Below the pieces are notes generated by a model that saw only the letters and a list, made by a program, of their open reading frames with translations, was not told the origin of the DNA and did no database searches. A DNA stretch of 64,000 bases from Candidatus Xenobia bacterium (GTDB lineage: Bacteria; Vulcanimicrobiota; Xenobia; Xenobiales; QWHO01): contig BTUM01000018.1 of assembly GCA_045863235.1 (NCBI GenBank), forward strand, positions 32,001-96,000, written 5' to 3'. The position numbers and the translations under genes were made by a program. Positions within the stretch are counted from its first letter, which is position 1, and the number at the start of each line of letters is the position of its first letter. Shown here piece by piece: positions 35,597-46,440 of the stretch.

Positions 35597-36961
35597 TCAG
35601 GCCAGGATGCGCTGCAAGGTTGTCGGGTCGAAGTTGGCGTTGTGGTTGGCGCCGGGCAGGTGCAGGTAGGTCACGTTCCCGCCCGCCAGCTTGCTCACGG
35701 CCTGCGGGTCCACCAGGCGGTCGGCTCCGAAGTTGACCACTTGAATCGAATAGCGCCGGGAGGCCTGGTGCAGCTCGCCCGGGTCGATCCCCTTCTGCTT
35801 GAGCATACCGTGCATCGCCTCGTAAGCCCGATCGCGCCGGGCGAAGTTGCCCGGGCGGTCGGAGCGGCGATAGTAGCCGGCGTTGTGCTCGCGAATCTCC
35901 TCGGGGGCGTCCTTGAGGCCCAGCGAATGATCGACCACCAGTCGGCTGAGGGCGGGCAGGCTCTCGTCGGTCCACTGAATGAGAGGGGCGGTCAGGTCCC
36001 AGGCGCCCAGGGGGACCCACAGGCAGCCGACCAGCACCCCGTTCACCAGATCGCGGTGCGGTTGGAAGAAGGGCGTCGAGTCGGGCGAGCAGGCGGGGGC
36101 CAGCAGGTGGAAGGAGGCCGGCCCGGCGTGGCCGGCTTTGTCCAGAGCCACGGCCAGCTCTCCGGCGGCGGCGCCGCCCATCGAGTGACCCACGACCTTG
36201 AGCGGGCCCTGGCTCAGGAAGCCCAGCGCATCCAGGCATTCGAAGACCTGGAAGGCATACTGGCGCGGGGTGTAGGGAGCGCTGCCATCGGTGCGAGCGC
36301 TTCCGTCCGAGCCGAAGCCATCCAGGGCGACTCCCAGCGAGTTGGGGCCCAGCCAGGCTGGGGTGGTTCCATCCCAGATCTCCTTGTTGGACTGGAAGCC
36401 ATGCAAGAACACGGTGGTCTGGTCCAGGCCTGCCAGGCGCCACGCGACCAGGGCCCTCTGAGCCGACTCGGGCAAAGCGTCGCAGTTGGCCTGACCCATG
36501 GGCACGGTGAGCTTGAGGGGGATGTCCTGGGCGGCGTAGTCCTCGGCGATCTGGGCGGCGCGGGGATTGCCGGCCAGTAGCTCGCTCAGGCTGGTGGCGA
36601 TGACAGCGTAGACCTGGCCGTCTTTCGTCTCGAAGCTCAGCTCGCCGGCACGGGCCAGATCGGCCCTTGCGATGGCCGGCCCCCGCAAGGGCGGGTGCTC
36701 CCGTTCGGCGGCCAGGAGCGCGGGGAGGAAGTTGGGATGGCGCTCGCAGACCTCCTGCAACGATTGTCCCGAACGGCCTTCCACGGCCTTCCTGAGCTCG
36801 AGGCTGGTGGCATACTCGGCGCCGCTGTGCACGGTGTCGACCACGGCCTCGCGCAGCGAAGCGGAGAGGTGGGCGCTGTCGAGGGTCTTGTCTTGCAGGG
36901 GATCCCGGTCAGGCGGTGGTCGATGAGAGGAGAGGAAGACCTTGTCCGGACCGATGCGCAT
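35597..36961 (-). CDS. Alpha/beta hydrolase with an N-terminal extension
   Basis: VFLHGF, GFGS, GHSMGG nucleophile elbow, GADRLV and ANH motifs. Confidence 0.85.
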   Translation of the reverse strand: MRIGPDKVFLSSHRPPPDRDPLQDKTLDSAHLSASLREAVVDTVHSGAEYATSLELRKAVEGRSGQSLQEVCERHPNFLPALLAAEREHPPLRGPAIARADLARAGELSFETKDGQVYAVIATSLSELLAGNPRAAQIAEDYAAQDIPLKLTVPMGQANCDALPESAQRALVAWRLAGLDQTTVFLHGFQSNKEIWDGTTPAWLGPNSLGVALDGFGSDGSARTDGSAPYTPRQYAFQVFECLDALGFLSQGPLKVVGHSMGGAAAGELAVALDKAGHAGPASFHLLAPACSPDSTPFFQPHRDLVNGVLVGCLWVPLGAWDLTAPLIQWTDESLPALSRLVVDHSLGLKDAPEEIREHNAGYYRRSDRPGNFARRDRAYEAMHGMLKQKGIDPGELHQASRRYSIQVVNFGADRLVDPQAVSKLAGGNVTYLHLPGANHNANFDPTTLQRILA

Positions 36962-37096
36962 GCTCTTTCTTCACGCACCGGGCCCGGTCCGGTCAAGGCC
37001 GAGAGCAGACCAGAAGCCTGGCGCCTGGCCCTGCACCCCATTCCACACCGGGGGCGGCATCGCTCCCGTCGAGCCTGTTCACGTATTGGCAACAAT

Positions 37097-37113
37097 CTGT
37101 TAACAGTGTTAAC
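37097..37113. promoter_or_regulatory. Palindromic candidate operator CTGTTAACAG-TGTTAAC
   Basis: 10-bp palindrome in a divergent intergenic region; near-identical motif at 49946. Confidence 0.4.
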
Positions 37114-37163
37114 CTTTCCTTCTCTTCATGGATCCCCGAGAATCAAACCAGTAGATCTCGGAG

Positions 37164-37634
37164 GTGAAGTGGATGAGCCAGAGGGATGCCATCGGACCCG
37201 TCCAGGGAGGTGGCCACGGCCGCCCCGGCAATGCAGGCGGCGGACCCAGGCAGGGCGCCCCGACCGCCGGCGAGGGCGTCAATTCGACTTCGGAGTACAA
37301 AAACCACGGGCAGATGGTCTCAGCGGCCGCCCGCCAGGGTATTCATGGACGCGAGCTGTCCACGATCGCCCGGGGCGAAACCTCGCTTGAGGAATTGCTG
37401 GCCAGGCGTGAGGCGGACATCCGCCAGGCCGAAGCCGGCCAGAGCACGACCAGCGCAGTCGACGTCGATCCGACCCAGATTATTGAGGTCGTGCAGCCGA
37501 ATGCCCCCCAGCCAGCGCCGGCTGTCCCCACGCCGTGGGAGGCCATTGGGGCGGATCAGCAGGCCCTTGACTCTGTGGCCACAGAGTTTTTCCGCCAGTC
37601 AAGCGCCCACTTCCGGCGGCTGGGCGGCGCCTGA
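37164..37634 (+). CDS. Hypothetical protein
   Basis: GGAGGTG RBS and a downstream terminator. NHGQMVSAAARQG..GRELSTIAR segment. Confidence 0.6.
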   Translation: MKWMSQRDAIGPVQGGGHGRPGNAGGGPRQGAPTAGEGVNSTSEYKNHGQMVSAAARQGIHGRELSTIARGETSLEELLARREADIRQAEAGQSTTSAVDVDPTQIIEVVQPNAPQPAPAVPTPWEAIGADQQALDSVATEFFRQSSAHFRRLGGA

Positions 37635-37668
37635 ACGGCGAGTCTCGCTCCGCCTTCGCCAGCTTGAA

Positions 37669-37695
37669 GGGCCCCGCACGAGCGGGGCCCCTTTT
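37669..37695 (+). terminator. Rho-independent terminator
   Basis: GGGCCCCGC-acga-GCGGGGCCC followed by CTTTT, between convergent genes. Confidence 0.75.
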
Positions 37696-37715
37696 CGCCT
37701 CCGCTCAGAGGAGCA

Positions 37716-38651
37716 TCACAGCTCCAGCCGAGAACGGTGCAGTTGCACGCCGTTTCGGTCGGGTTGGGAAGGCCGGAACTGGTAGATCAGCTCCATCTCC
37801 ACCCCTGTGTCTCCGGCTGCCGGGTAGGTGAAGCTCCGGGTCGCTCCGCTCGGGATCTGCGTGTTCTCGCCGCTCTCGCCACGGAACGGGTTGCGAAAGC
37901 GCTCGCGGAACTCGCGGCCCGACGGCTTGAAGCGCACCACCAGCTCCATCGAGCGGCTGCGGCGACCGCTGGGGAGGTTGTGGCCGGCCCCGGAGTTGGT
38001 CACTTCGACCTTGACCGCCTGGCTCTCCAGGAAGGCCCGTAGCTCCACTGAGCGGCGCAGCGAGTCGTGGTCGTGGGCCCCGGGCATGGAGTGATCGCCT
38101 CCGGCCATGTGGCATGACAGACAGTCCTGGCCCTGGGCCGGAAAGCGGGAGGCGCGCCACTGGTCCACCGTGTTGTGGGCGTTGTGGCAAGACTGGCAGA
38201 GCTCGACCTTGACCAGCTCAGGCGTGTACACGGGGTTGCAGGCTCCGCGCGCGTCCTGGTGGGCACCGGCGATGGCCTCACCCTTCTGATGGCAGGTGAC
38301 GCAGCTGACCCCTTCCTCGAGCAGCCAGTCGCGCGTCAGCGGGGGTGTGCCGGGCGGGGCGTTCAGCACCGGCTCGGGGGTGTGGCAGGGCAGGCAGGCC
38401 TCCTGTTTCTCCGAGAAGGCCAGGTTGCGCGGCTGGACGGATACGAAGGCGCGGGCGTGCGGAGAGGAGGCCCACTGGGAATAGATCTCCTGGTGGCAAG
38501 GCTGGCAGCTCTTGGACTCGCGGTAGGGGTGACGCACGAACTCGGGCGGATCGTCGTTGCGCCGTCTGTGCTCAAACGACAGCGACAGGCCGAGCAGGGC
38601 CAGCCAGCCCAGGCCCAGGGCCAGCAAAGTGAGCCGCGCCAGGCTCTTCAT
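37716..38651 (-). CDS. Multiheme c-type cytochrome (5 CxxCH)
   Basis: CQPCH, CLPCH, CVTCH, CQSCH and CLSCH; N-terminal signal or anchor; NSGAGHNLPSG. Confidence 0.92.
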   Translation of the reverse strand: MKSLARLTLLALGLGWLALLGLSLSFEHRRRNDDPPEFVRHPYRESKSCQPCHQEIYSQWASSPHARAFVSVQPRNLAFSEKQEACLPCHTPEPVLNAPPGTPPLTRDWLLEEGVSCVTCHQKGEAIAGAHQDARGACNPVYTPELVKVELCQSCHNAHNTVDQWRASRFPAQGQDCLSCHMAGGDHSMPGAHDHDSLRRSVELRAFLESQAVKVEVTNSGAGHNLPSGRRSRSMELVVRFKPSGREFRERFRNPFRGESGENTQIPSGATRSFTYPAAGDTGVEMELIYQFRPSQPDRNGVQLHRSRLEL

Positions 38652-39514
38652 GGCCCCGCCTCCAGGCGGTCACCGGGGGTCGGGCGGCCAGGGACGAGCA
38701 TGCGGTAGAGGGTATCCTCCCGACGGGCCAGCACCAGGGCGTGCTCGCTTTGAAAGAGCACCCGCTCGACCACCGCCTGGCCGGCGGCCGGTTCGGGCGG
38801 TCCCGCCACGGGCGCGGCGGCCAGGCAGCCACACTCGAAGCCGGCAAACGAGGCGAAGGCAGGGCTGGCCGAGCGCAGCAGCACGTCCGGCATGGAGCCA
38901 GCCAGCTCCAGGCGGCCAGCGTGCAGAAAGAGCAACTGGTCGGCGATCAGGAGCGCGTCCTCCAGGTAGTGGGTGACGTACAGCACGGTCAGGCCCAGGC
39001 GCAGCTTGAGCCGCGCCAGCTCGGCCAGGAGACCGCGCCGAGAAGGTGGGTCGAGGTTCATGAAGGGCTCGTCCAGGAGCAGCAGCGTGGGCTTGCCGCC
39101 CAGCGCGCGGGCCAGGGCCAGCCGCTGGCGCTCTCCCCCGGAAAGCTGGCCAGGCCTGTCCTGCTCGCGTCCGGAAAAGCCCACCATGGCCAGCAGCTCA
39201 CGGGCCGATTCGGCGCTGCCGGCGCTGAAGCGAACATTTTCGAGCACGCTCATGTGCCCGAAGAGACCCAGGTCCTGAAAGACCATGCCGATGCCGCGCT
39301 TGTCGGGGGGGAGATCCTCGCTGCCGCTCACCGCGACCCGGCCGTGGTCGGGCCGATCCAGGCCGGCCAGCAGGCGCAGGGTGGTCGTCTTTCCGGCTCC
39401 CGAGAGCCCGGCCAGCACGGTGGTCGAGCCCTCCTCGAGCGAGAAGGAAACGCCCTCCAGCACGCTTCGTCCCCCGTACGACTTGCCCACTCCGACGAAG
39501 CTGGCCCGGCTCAC
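38648..39514 (-). CDS. ABC transporter ATP-binding protein (FbpC/PotA-like)
   Basis: GLSGAGKT, LSGGERQR, LLLDEP and YVTH motifs. Confidence 0.93.
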   Translation of the reverse strand: MSRASFVGVGKSYGGRSVLEGVSFSLEEGSTTVLAGLSGAGKTTTLRLLAGLDRPDHGRVAVSGSEDLPPDKRGIGMVFQDLGLFGHMSVLENVRFSAGSAESARELLAMVGFSGREQDRPGQLSGGERQRLALARALGGKPTLLLLDEPFMNLDPPSRRGLLAELARLKLRLGLTVLYVTHYLEDALLIADQLLFLHAGRLELAGSMPDVLLRSASPAFASFAGFECGCLAAAPVAGPPEPAAGQAVVERVLFQSEHALVLARREDTLYRMLVPGRPTPGDRLEAGP

Positions 39515-40887
39515 GCTCGCTCCTCCAGCACGCCCAGGCAGAGCGAGGCGACCAGCGGGCTCAAGCTGACCGCCATCAGGATGAGGCTGAGAGCCGCCAC
39601 CAGGTCGGGGCGGCCGTAGTGGGCCATGTTGAAGATCCTCATGCTCAAGCTGCCCCCGCCGGGGGGAGTCAGCAGCAGGCTGAGGGTCAGGTCGCCGGCC
39701 GCCAGGGCGAAGACCAGGCAGAAGCCGAGCCGGTAGACCGGACGGTGGAGATCGACGTAGAGCAGCCGTCGACCGCGCCCGGCCAGCCGCACGGCATCAT
39801 GGAGCGTGCGGGGAACCAGGGAGAAGGAAAGGCCGAGCAACAGCAAGGGGACGGCCAGATAGCGCCCGGTCAGTCCGCCGATCAGCTCGGGCCCATAGAG
39901 CCGCACGATTCCGAGCGCCAGCAAGGCGGGCGGAGAGGCCAGCAGCAGCAGGGCTCCCAGGTGCACCCAGCGGTCCGGCCTGCAAGCGAGCCAGCCGGCC
40001 AGCCCCACCGCCGTCAGGGCGGCTGCCAGCGAGAAGCCCAGGGTGTTGAGCAGGTCGCCGGAGGCCTCCCAGAGTCCCAGAGCGATGAGGCTCACCCGAT
40101 TGGCCCGGCTCACCAGGGCCAGGGGCGGGGTCAGCACGGCCGCCATCGCTGCCACCAGAAGCAGGGCCGCTGGCCAGCGCAGCCGGGGCTCGAGCCGGAA
40201 CCGGGCCGGGGCCACGGCGCGGGCCGAGAAGAGCTCGCGCAGCCGCGGGGCCGTCAAGCGCCAGGTGATGAGGGCCACTGCCGCGCCCAGCAGCCAGAGT
40301 GGCAGCGAGGCCCGGGCCGCGGCGCCGAAGTCGTGGTAGCCGTCGAGCAGGGCGAAGACCTCCACCGGGTAGGTATCCACCTGCAGCAGCGAGGGAACGC
40401 CGTAATCGGCCAGACCAAAGAGAAACGCCAGAGCCGTGCCGCCGCCCAGGACCGGGGCCACCATGGGGAGCAGCACCCGGCCCCAGGCGCGGGCCGGTCC
40501 GCGGGCCAGAAGGGCCGCCTCGGCGAGGCTGGCGTCGATGCGCGTGAGGGCTAGCAGCGCCGGGTAGAGCACCAGAGGCATCGTGTGCAGTCCCAGCACC
40601 ACCCCGGCAGCCCACCAGGTCGGGGGCCAGGGAAGCGCTACCGCCAGCAGGTAGGGGGGCAGCAAGAAGGGCACGGCCAGCACCGGCAGGGCCAGCCCCC
40701 GCAGGGGAAGGTTCCGGTGGCTGAGCAGCACCGCCAGCCCGGTCCCCAGGACCAGAGCCAGCAGACAGGCCAATCCGGCAACCGCGAGGCTGCGTCCCAG
40801 GAGGATCGTCTGGCGCAGGTCGGGTGCCTCGGCCGGGCCCGGGCCGAGCGTCCACACCGCCGCCAGGGGAGCCAGCAGGGCCAGCAC
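39511..40887 (-). CDS. ABC transporter permease (FbpB-like)
   Basis: Many TM segments, EAA loop (LAEAALLARG) and DYGVPSLL. Confidence 0.85.
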   Translation of the reverse strand: MLALLAPLAAVWTLGPGPAEAPDLRQTILLGRSLAVAGLACLLALVLGTGLAVLLSHRNLPLRGLALPVLAVPFLLPPYLLAVALPWPPTWWAAGVVLGLHTMPLVLYPALLALTRIDASLAEAALLARGPARAWGRVLLPMVAPVLGGGTALAFLFGLADYGVPSLLQVDTYPVEVFALLDGYHDFGAAARASLPLWLLGAAVALITWRLTAPRLRELFSARAVAPARFRLEPRLRWPAALLLVAAMAAVLTPPLALVSRANRVSLIALGLWEASGDLLNTLGFSLAAALTAVGLAGWLACRPDRWVHLGALLLLASPPALLALGIVRLYGPELIGGLTGRYLAVPLLLLGLSFSLVPRTLHDAVRLAGRGRRLLYVDLHRPVYRLGFCLVFALAAGDLTLSLLLTPPGGGSLSMRIFNMAHYGRPDLVAALSLILMAVSLSPLVASLCLGVLEERA

Positions 40888-40898
40888 GACCAGCCGCC

Positions 40899-41894
40899 TC
40901 AGCGTTGGAACCTCTCGCGCAGCAGGCCGACAACGGTTTGGAACTGCTCGGCCATGGCTGCCTGGTCCACTGCCATGGCCCTGACGCGGGTCAGGTCGGG
41001 GGTGTGAGGTCCACCCTGGGCCCCCTCGTGCAGGGGGATCTGCAGCGAGCGGCCGCGAGCAAGCTTCTCCTCCACGGCTGGCGAGAGCAGGAAGTCGATC
41101 AGCTTGCGGCCCTCGTCGGGGTGCGGGGCCCCGTGAATCAGGGCCACGGTATTGGGGATCACCAGCGTGCCCAGATCGTCTTGATCGGGTAGCACCATCT
41201 CCACGGCGGCTCCGTCCAGAATGGCTGCGTTGGCGTCGTCGGAGTCGGTCAGTCCCCAGGCCAGCTCGCCTGCCGCGACCCGGTCCTTGACCACCGAGTT
41301 TCCGTCCAGGATGGCGACCTCATTGGCGCGGGCCTGGTCGAGCAGCCGGGTGGCCTCGGAGGCACCCAACGCCTGGTGGAGCGCCACCCAGTGGGTCAGC
41401 GTGGTGCCGAACAGGGGTCGGGCCATGCCCGCCTGGCCTTTCCAGCGCGGGTCGCCCAGCTCGCGGATCGAACGAGGGGGGTCGCTCAGCCCCCGGCGCA
41501 CGATGAGCACGCGCAGGCGCGCGGCAAAGCCGGTCCAGCGGTTCTGGGGATCGCGCCACCTCGAAGGGATGGCCTGGGCGGAGGGCGAGCGGTAGGGCTC
41601 CAGGGCGCCGGCCCGGGCCAGCACCGCGGTCTGCAGCATCTCGTTGTTCCAAAAGACGTCGCAGCGCGGGTTGGCCTGCTCGAGCAGCAGCAGGTTCACC
41701 AGTCCGGAAGTCTTGGTGGCCTCCAGGTCATACTTGGCCAGCACCCGGATACCGCTCTGGCGCTCGAAATCGCGCAGAACAGGCTCGGAGTAGATCTGGT
41801 CCAGGGCGCAGTAGACCACCACCGAGGGGGTCTGAGGGCGAGCGCACCCGGTGAGCCAGAGGGCGAGCCAGAGAAACCCCACCAGCTTTCGCAT
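40899..41894 (-). CDS. ABC substrate-binding lipoprotein (Fe3+ FbpA/AfuA-like)
   Basis: Lipobox LTG-C; VVYCALDQ, NPRCDVFW and LTDSDDA. Start MRKLV at 41894. Confidence 0.85.
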   Translation of the reverse strand: MRKLVGFLWLALWLTGCARPQTPSVVVYCALDQIYSEPVLRDFERQSGIRVLAKYDLEATKTSGLVNLLLLEQANPRCDVFWNNEMLQTAVLARAGALEPYRSPSAQAIPSRWRDPQNRWTGFAARLRVLIVRRGLSDPPRSIRELGDPRWKGQAGMARPLFGTTLTHWVALHQALGASEATRLLDQARANEVAILDGNSVVKDRVAAGELAWGLTDSDDANAAILDGAAVEMVLPDQDDLGTLVIPNTVALIHGAPHPDEGRKLIDFLLSPAVEEKLARGRSLQIPLHEGAQGGPHTPDLTRVRAMAVDQAAMAEQFQTVVGLLRERFQR

Positions 41895-42099
41895 GGCGGC
41901 GAGGTTAGCTTTGCCACAATCGACCTCCTGCTCGGGCGGTCGAAGGAGCGGCTCGAAGCTCTGCTCGGAGCAAGCTCGACACCGCATTCGGGTCAGCACG
42001 TCCACGGCTCAGTGCAGGCGTTCGAGCCTCGGCAGGGTTCAGACTCTGTGGCGGGAACTCTGGCCCCATGAGCCTGGTTGCCCGCCCGCGCTAATCGGA

Positions 42100-44130
42100 A
42101 TGTCCCGTCTGCGTTTGTTCCTGGTCAGCTTCCTGATCCTCTACTTCGAGCTACTCTTCATCCGCTGGATCCCCGACGCCGTTCACGTCCTCGCGTTCAT
42201 GGGCAATTTCGTGCTGCTCTCTTGCTTCCTGGGGATGGGCGTGGGCCTGGCCCGCCCTCCCGGAGAGCGAGCCGACTCTACCTTCGTCCTGCGCTTTCTG
42301 GGCCTGGCCAGCGTGCTCGTGCTCCTCCTGGCGGTCTTCCTCTACTACCGTATCGACGTCCCACCCCCCAATGTGGACGTGTTCTTCAATGATGACGCCT
42401 TCATTCAAGGCCCCCGACCGCTGCACGTCAACCTTTACCTGACCATCGTGGTCTTCTGCGGTCTGATGGCCTCCCTGTTCGTGCCCCTGGGAACCCTGCT
42501 GCGACGTTATCTCGACCAGCACGCTTCGCTGGAGGGCTACTCGCTGAACATCCTGGCCAGCCTGGCGGGCATCTCGTTCTTTTCCCTGCTGAGCTACCTG
42601 AGCACGCCTCCCCCGGTCTGGCTGACCCTCGGGTTGCTGCTGCTCATCCCCTTCAGTGGGGGCAAGAGAACCGCGGTGGCTCTGCTCTCGGGGGTGCTCA
42701 TCCTGGGCACCTTCGTGCTCGACCCGATGCTCGAGAAAGCCCACGGCTACGAGAAATTCTGGTCCCCCTACTATAACCTCAGGCTGCACACTTTACCGCG
42801 CGGCGATCTGCAGATCTACATCGGTAACAGCTGCTTGTTGACGGCGGTCGACCTGAGCAGGGAGCGCACCCTCGAAAACCCCCACCACCTCTTCTACTCC
42901 TTTCCTTATCGGTTCCATCCCCATCCGAAGCGGGTGCTGGTGCTCGGCTCGGGCATGGGGAACGACGTGGCCGAAGCTCTGCTCCAGGGGGCCGAGCACG
43001 TGGATGCCGTGGAGATCGACCCGCAGGTGGCCCGCATCGGGCTCGAGCGGCATCCGTTGAAGCCTTACGCCGACCCTCGGGTGACCCTGATCAACGACGA
43101 CGCCCGTCACTTCCTGAACTCATGCCAGGAGAAGTATGACCTGATCATCTTCGGCACGCTCGACTCTCACGGCCTGTTCTCGCACATGTCCTCGCTCAAG
43201 ATGGAGAACTATGTCTACACCCAGGAGAGCTTCGAGCAGGCCGGTCGCCTCCTGGCCCCCGATGGGGTGCTGTATCTGACCGTCGGGTTCATGGGCAAGT
43301 TCGTTCCCGGCAGGTTGAACAACAGCCTCCAGAAGGCCTTCGGACACGAGCCCCAGTTTTACATCTTCAAGAACCTCTACTCGATGTTCATTGCCGGCAA
43401 CCCCTCTGTGCAGGATGCCGCCGAGCCGTCCCAGGATTTGGTCCGGGCCCGAATCGGGGACATCAAGGCCAGCGTCGAGGCCGGGCTGACCCCGACCGAC
43501 GACTGGCCCCAGCTCTATCTGGCCCGCAGGTCCATCCCGCGAGAATACCTGACGGCACTGAGCCTGTTGCTGGCGGTCTCGCTGGCCATGGTCTGGCTGG
43601 GAGTGCCCAAGTCCACGGGCTTCAAGCTGAACGGGCACTACTTCTTCCTGGGAGCCGGCTTCATGCTGCTCGAAACCAAGAGCATCACCGAGTTGGGTCT
43701 CCTGTTCGGCTCCACCTGGCTGGTCAACTCCATCGTGATCGGATTGATTCTCACGATGATCTTCCTGGCCAACCTCTATCTCCTCAAGGCCAGTCGAAAG
43801 CCCTCCCAGGTCGTCATGTACGCCCTCCTCTTCATGAGCATCGCGGGCCTTTACTTTGGCCATGTGCGCCACCTGGCCGTGGGGGGCGGGGGTGCCACCC
43901 TGACCGTCACCGTGGTGCTGCTCACCGTGCCCCTCCTGTTCGCGGCTCTGATCTTCGGCACTTCTTTCAAGCGCACCACTGAGCCCGGGAAGTCGCTGGC
44001 CTCCAATATCCTCGGTTCGATGGTCGGGGGGGCGCTGGAGTACACCTCCATGGTCTGGGGCTTGCAGGCCCTCTACCTGGTGGCCCTGGGGCTCTACGCC
44101 CTGAGCTTCGCCTTCCGCAGGCAGGCCTGA
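42100..44130 (+). CDS. Membrane-bound spermidine-synthase-like SAM-binding protein
   Basis: N- and C-terminal TM bundles. VLVLGSGMGNDV, AVEIDP, DDAR, YDLIIF, PTDDWP and FFLGAGFMLLE motifs. Confidence 0.85.
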   Translation: MSRLRLFLVSFLILYFELLFIRWIPDAVHVLAFMGNFVLLSCFLGMGVGLARPPGERADSTFVLRFLGLASVLVLLLAVFLYYRIDVPPPNVDVFFNDDAFIQGPRPLHVNLYLTIVVFCGLMASLFVPLGTLLRRYLDQHASLEGYSLNILASLAGISFFSLLSYLSTPPPVWLTLGLLLLIPFSGGKRTAVALLSGVLILGTFVLDPMLEKAHGYEKFWSPYYNLRLHTLPRGDLQIYIGNSCLLTAVDLSRERTLENPHHLFYSFPYRFHPHPKRVLVLGSGMGNDVAEALLQGAEHVDAVEIDPQVARIGLERHPLKPYADPRVTLINDDARHFLNSCQEKYDLIIFGTLDSHGLFSHMSSLKMENYVYTQESFEQAGRLLAPDGVLYLTVGFMGKFVPGRLNNSLQKAFGHEPQFYIFKNLYSMFIAGNPSVQDAAEPSQDLVRARIGDIKASVEAGLTPTDDWPQLYLARRSIPREYLTALSLLLAVSLAMVWLGVPKSTGFKLNGHYFFLGAGFMLLETKSITELGLLFGSTWLVNSIVIGLILTMIFLANLYLLKASRKPSQVVMYALLFMSIAGLYFGHVRHLAVGGGGATLTVTVVLLTVPLLFAALIFGTSFKRTTEPGKSLASNILGSMVGGALEYTSMVWGLQALYLVALGLYALSFAFRRQA

Positions 44131-44158
44131 GTCCGCGAAAAGGCCGGCGAGTCGGAAA

Positions 44159-45175
44159 TCAGCAGCTCGTCATGACCTGTGCCAGGCGGTCCAGAGCCGT
44201 TTCCACCTGCTCGGAGCTGACGTCGAGGTGGGTCACGGCCCGGAATCGGTTGGTGTCCATGCGCGAAAAGCGCACTCCGCGCTCGAGTGACTCGCGCTCG
44301 AAGCCGTCGGGATCGCCCTGAACCGAAAAGAAGACCATGTTGGTGCGGCGCTCGTTGGGCTCGACCTCGATGCCCTCGATGCTCGAGAGCCCCGCAGCGA
44401 GGCGGGCCGCGTGCAGGTGGTCCTCGGCCAGGCGCTCCGCGTGGTGGGCCAGGGCGTGCCGGCAGGCGGCGGCCAGGATGCCGCTCTGGCGCATGGCCCC
44501 GCCCATGATGTGCTTGCAGCGCCGGGCCTCCTCGCGCCGCGAGAGCCCCATGGCCAGCACCGCCCCCATGGGAGCTCCCAGCCCCTTGGAGAAGCACAGG
44601 GTCACCGTATCAAAGCCCCGACAGAGCTCGGCCGGAGCCAGCCCGGCCCAGGTGGCGGCGTTGAGCAGTCGGGCGCCATCCAGGTGGCGAGCCAGGCCTT
44701 CACTGGCGGCCAGCACGTCGTCGAGCTCGGCTCGGGTCCAGGGGAAGCCGCCCCCCTGGTTGGTGGTGTTCTCGACCACCACCAGTCGAGTGCGCGGGCA
44801 GTGATAGTGGTCGGGACGCCGGCGAGAGCGCACGTCTCGGCCCCGGAAGATGCCGTTTGGGGTGGGGATGCCCTGCGTCTGGGCCCGGGCGTGCACCGAG
44901 CAGGTCGCCGTCTCGTAGCACAGGATGTGGCCGCTCTCGGCGGCCAGCACCTCGTCGCCCGGTCGGCACTGGAGCTGCACGGCGATGGCGTTGGCCATCG
45001 TGGCCGAGGGCAGAAAGAGGGCCGTTTCCATGCCTAGCAGGCGGGCCGCCTCCTGCTCCAGCGCCAGGGTGGTGGGATCCTCATCGAGTTGCTCGTCGCC
45101 CACCACTGCCTCGGCAAGGGCCGCCCGCATCGCGGCCGTGGGCCGGGTGACCGTGTCGGAGAAAAAGTCGATCAC
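44159..45175 (-). CDS. ltaE: Low-specificity L-threonine aldolase
   Basis: [36 protein letters not shown] and GGAMRQSG motifs. GTGA overlap with the thiolase stop. Confidence 0.9.
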   Translation of the reverse strand: MIDFFSDTVTRPTAAMRAALAEAVVGDEQLDEDPTTLALEQEAARLLGMETALFLPSATMANAIAVQLQCRPGDEVLAAESGHILCYETATCSVHARAQTQGIPTPNGIFRGRDVRSRRRPDHYHCPRTRLVVVENTTNQGGGFPWTRAELDDVLAASEGLARHLDGARLLNAATWAGLAPAELCRGFDTVTLCFSKGLGAPMGAVLAMGLSRREEARRCKHIMGGAMRQSGILAAACRHALAHHAERLAEDHLHAARLAAGLSSIEGIEVEPNERRTNMVFFSVQGDPDGFERESLERGVRFSRMDTNRFRAVTHLDVSSEQVETALDRLAQVMTSC

Positions 45176-46341
45176 ACCCGCAGCAGTCCCGCCGCGCCCT
45201 GGCCTCCACCAACGCACATGGTGACCAGGCCCAACCCGCCTCCACGGCGCTTCAGCTCGCTCAGCGCGGTAACCACCAGCCTGGCCCCGGAGCAGCCCAG
45301 AGGGTGTCCCAGGGCGATCGCGCCCCCGTTGGGGTTGACCCGCTCCAGCGGGACCCGCAGCTCGCGCAGCACCGCCAGCGCCTGGGCCGCAAAGGCCTCA
45401 TTGAGCTCCATCAGGGCCACGTCCTTGAGGTTGACCCCGGCCCGGTCGAGCACGCGCGGCACCGCGTGCACCGGGCCGATCCCCATGTACTCGGGGGGGA
45501 CGCCGGCCACGGCGTAGTGAAGGAAGGTGCCCAGTGGCGTTAACCCGCGTCTTTTGGCGGTATCGGCGCTCATCAGCACCACCGCGGCGGCTCCGTCGGA
45601 GATGGGGGAGGAGTTGCCCGGGGTCACGGTGCCATCGGCCTTGAAGGCGGGCTTGAGGGCCGCCAGGCGCTCCATCGAGGTGTCGCGGCGCACCAGCTCG
45701 TCGCTGGAGAAGGGCATCATCCGGGTCTCGATGGTGACCCCGTGACGGGTGTCAACGCGCACCGGCACGGTGAGCAGCTCGTCCTGGAAGTAGCCTTTGT
45801 CCTGGGCAGAAGCTGCCAGCTGGTGGCTGCGCAGGGCGAACTCGTCCGACTCCTGGCGGGAAATCTCGAACTTGGCGGCCAGGTTCTCGGCTGTGACTCC
45901 CATCCCCATGTAGGTGCCCGGGCGCTTGACGAAGAGACCCAGGTTGGTGGAAGGCTTGTTTCCGCCCATGGGCACCATGCTCATGGACTCCACCCCGCCC
46001 GCCACCACCACCTCGGCCTGGCCCACGGCGATGGCGGCGGCACCCTGGGCGATGGCCTGCAGGCCGCTGGCGCAGAAGCGGTTGACGGTGACGGCGGCCG
46101 CCTTCTCGGGCAACCCGGCCAGTAAGCTGGCCAGTCGGGCCACGTTCAGCCCCTGCTCGCCCTCGGGCATGGCGCAGCCCATGATGACGTCCTCCACCGA
46201 GCCCGGGTCGATCCCAGAGCGCTTGACCGCCTCCCCGATGACCAGGGCGGCCAGATCGTCGGGCCGGGTGGTGGCCAGGGTACCCTTGATCCCGCGTCCG
46301 ATGGGGGTGCGCACCGCGCTGACGATGACAACTTCTTGCAT
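45172..46341 (-). CDS. fadA: Acetyl-CoA C-acyltransferase (thiolase)
   Basis: [20 protein letters not shown] and CVGGGQG motifs. Confidence 0.93.
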   Translation of the reverse strand: MQEVVIVSAVRTPIGRGIKGTLATTRPDDLAALVIGEAVKRSGIDPGSVEDVIMGCAMPEGEQGLNVARLASLLAGLPEKAAAVTVNRFCASGLQAIAQGAAAIAVGQAEVVVAGGVESMSMVPMGGNKPSTNLGLFVKRPGTYMGMGVTAENLAAKFEISRQESDEFALRSHQLAASAQDKGYFQDELLTVPVRVDTRHGVTIETRMMPFSSDELVRRDTSMERLAALKPAFKADGTVTPGNSSPISDGAAAVVLMSADTAKRRGLTPLGTFLHYAVAGVPPEYMGIGPVHAVPRVLDRAGVNLKDVALMELNEAFAAQALAVLRELRVPLERVNPNGGAIALGHPLGCSGARLVVTALSELKRRGGGLGLVTMCVGGGQGAAGLLRV

Positions 46342-46440
46342 TGTACCTTCCTCACAGCCTGTTCAGATCAGTTGAGCTTTGCGTGCCCCAATCATGAGGG
46401 GTTCTCGCCGCCCGTTCCGGGAGCGGTCCGGGCACCGAAG

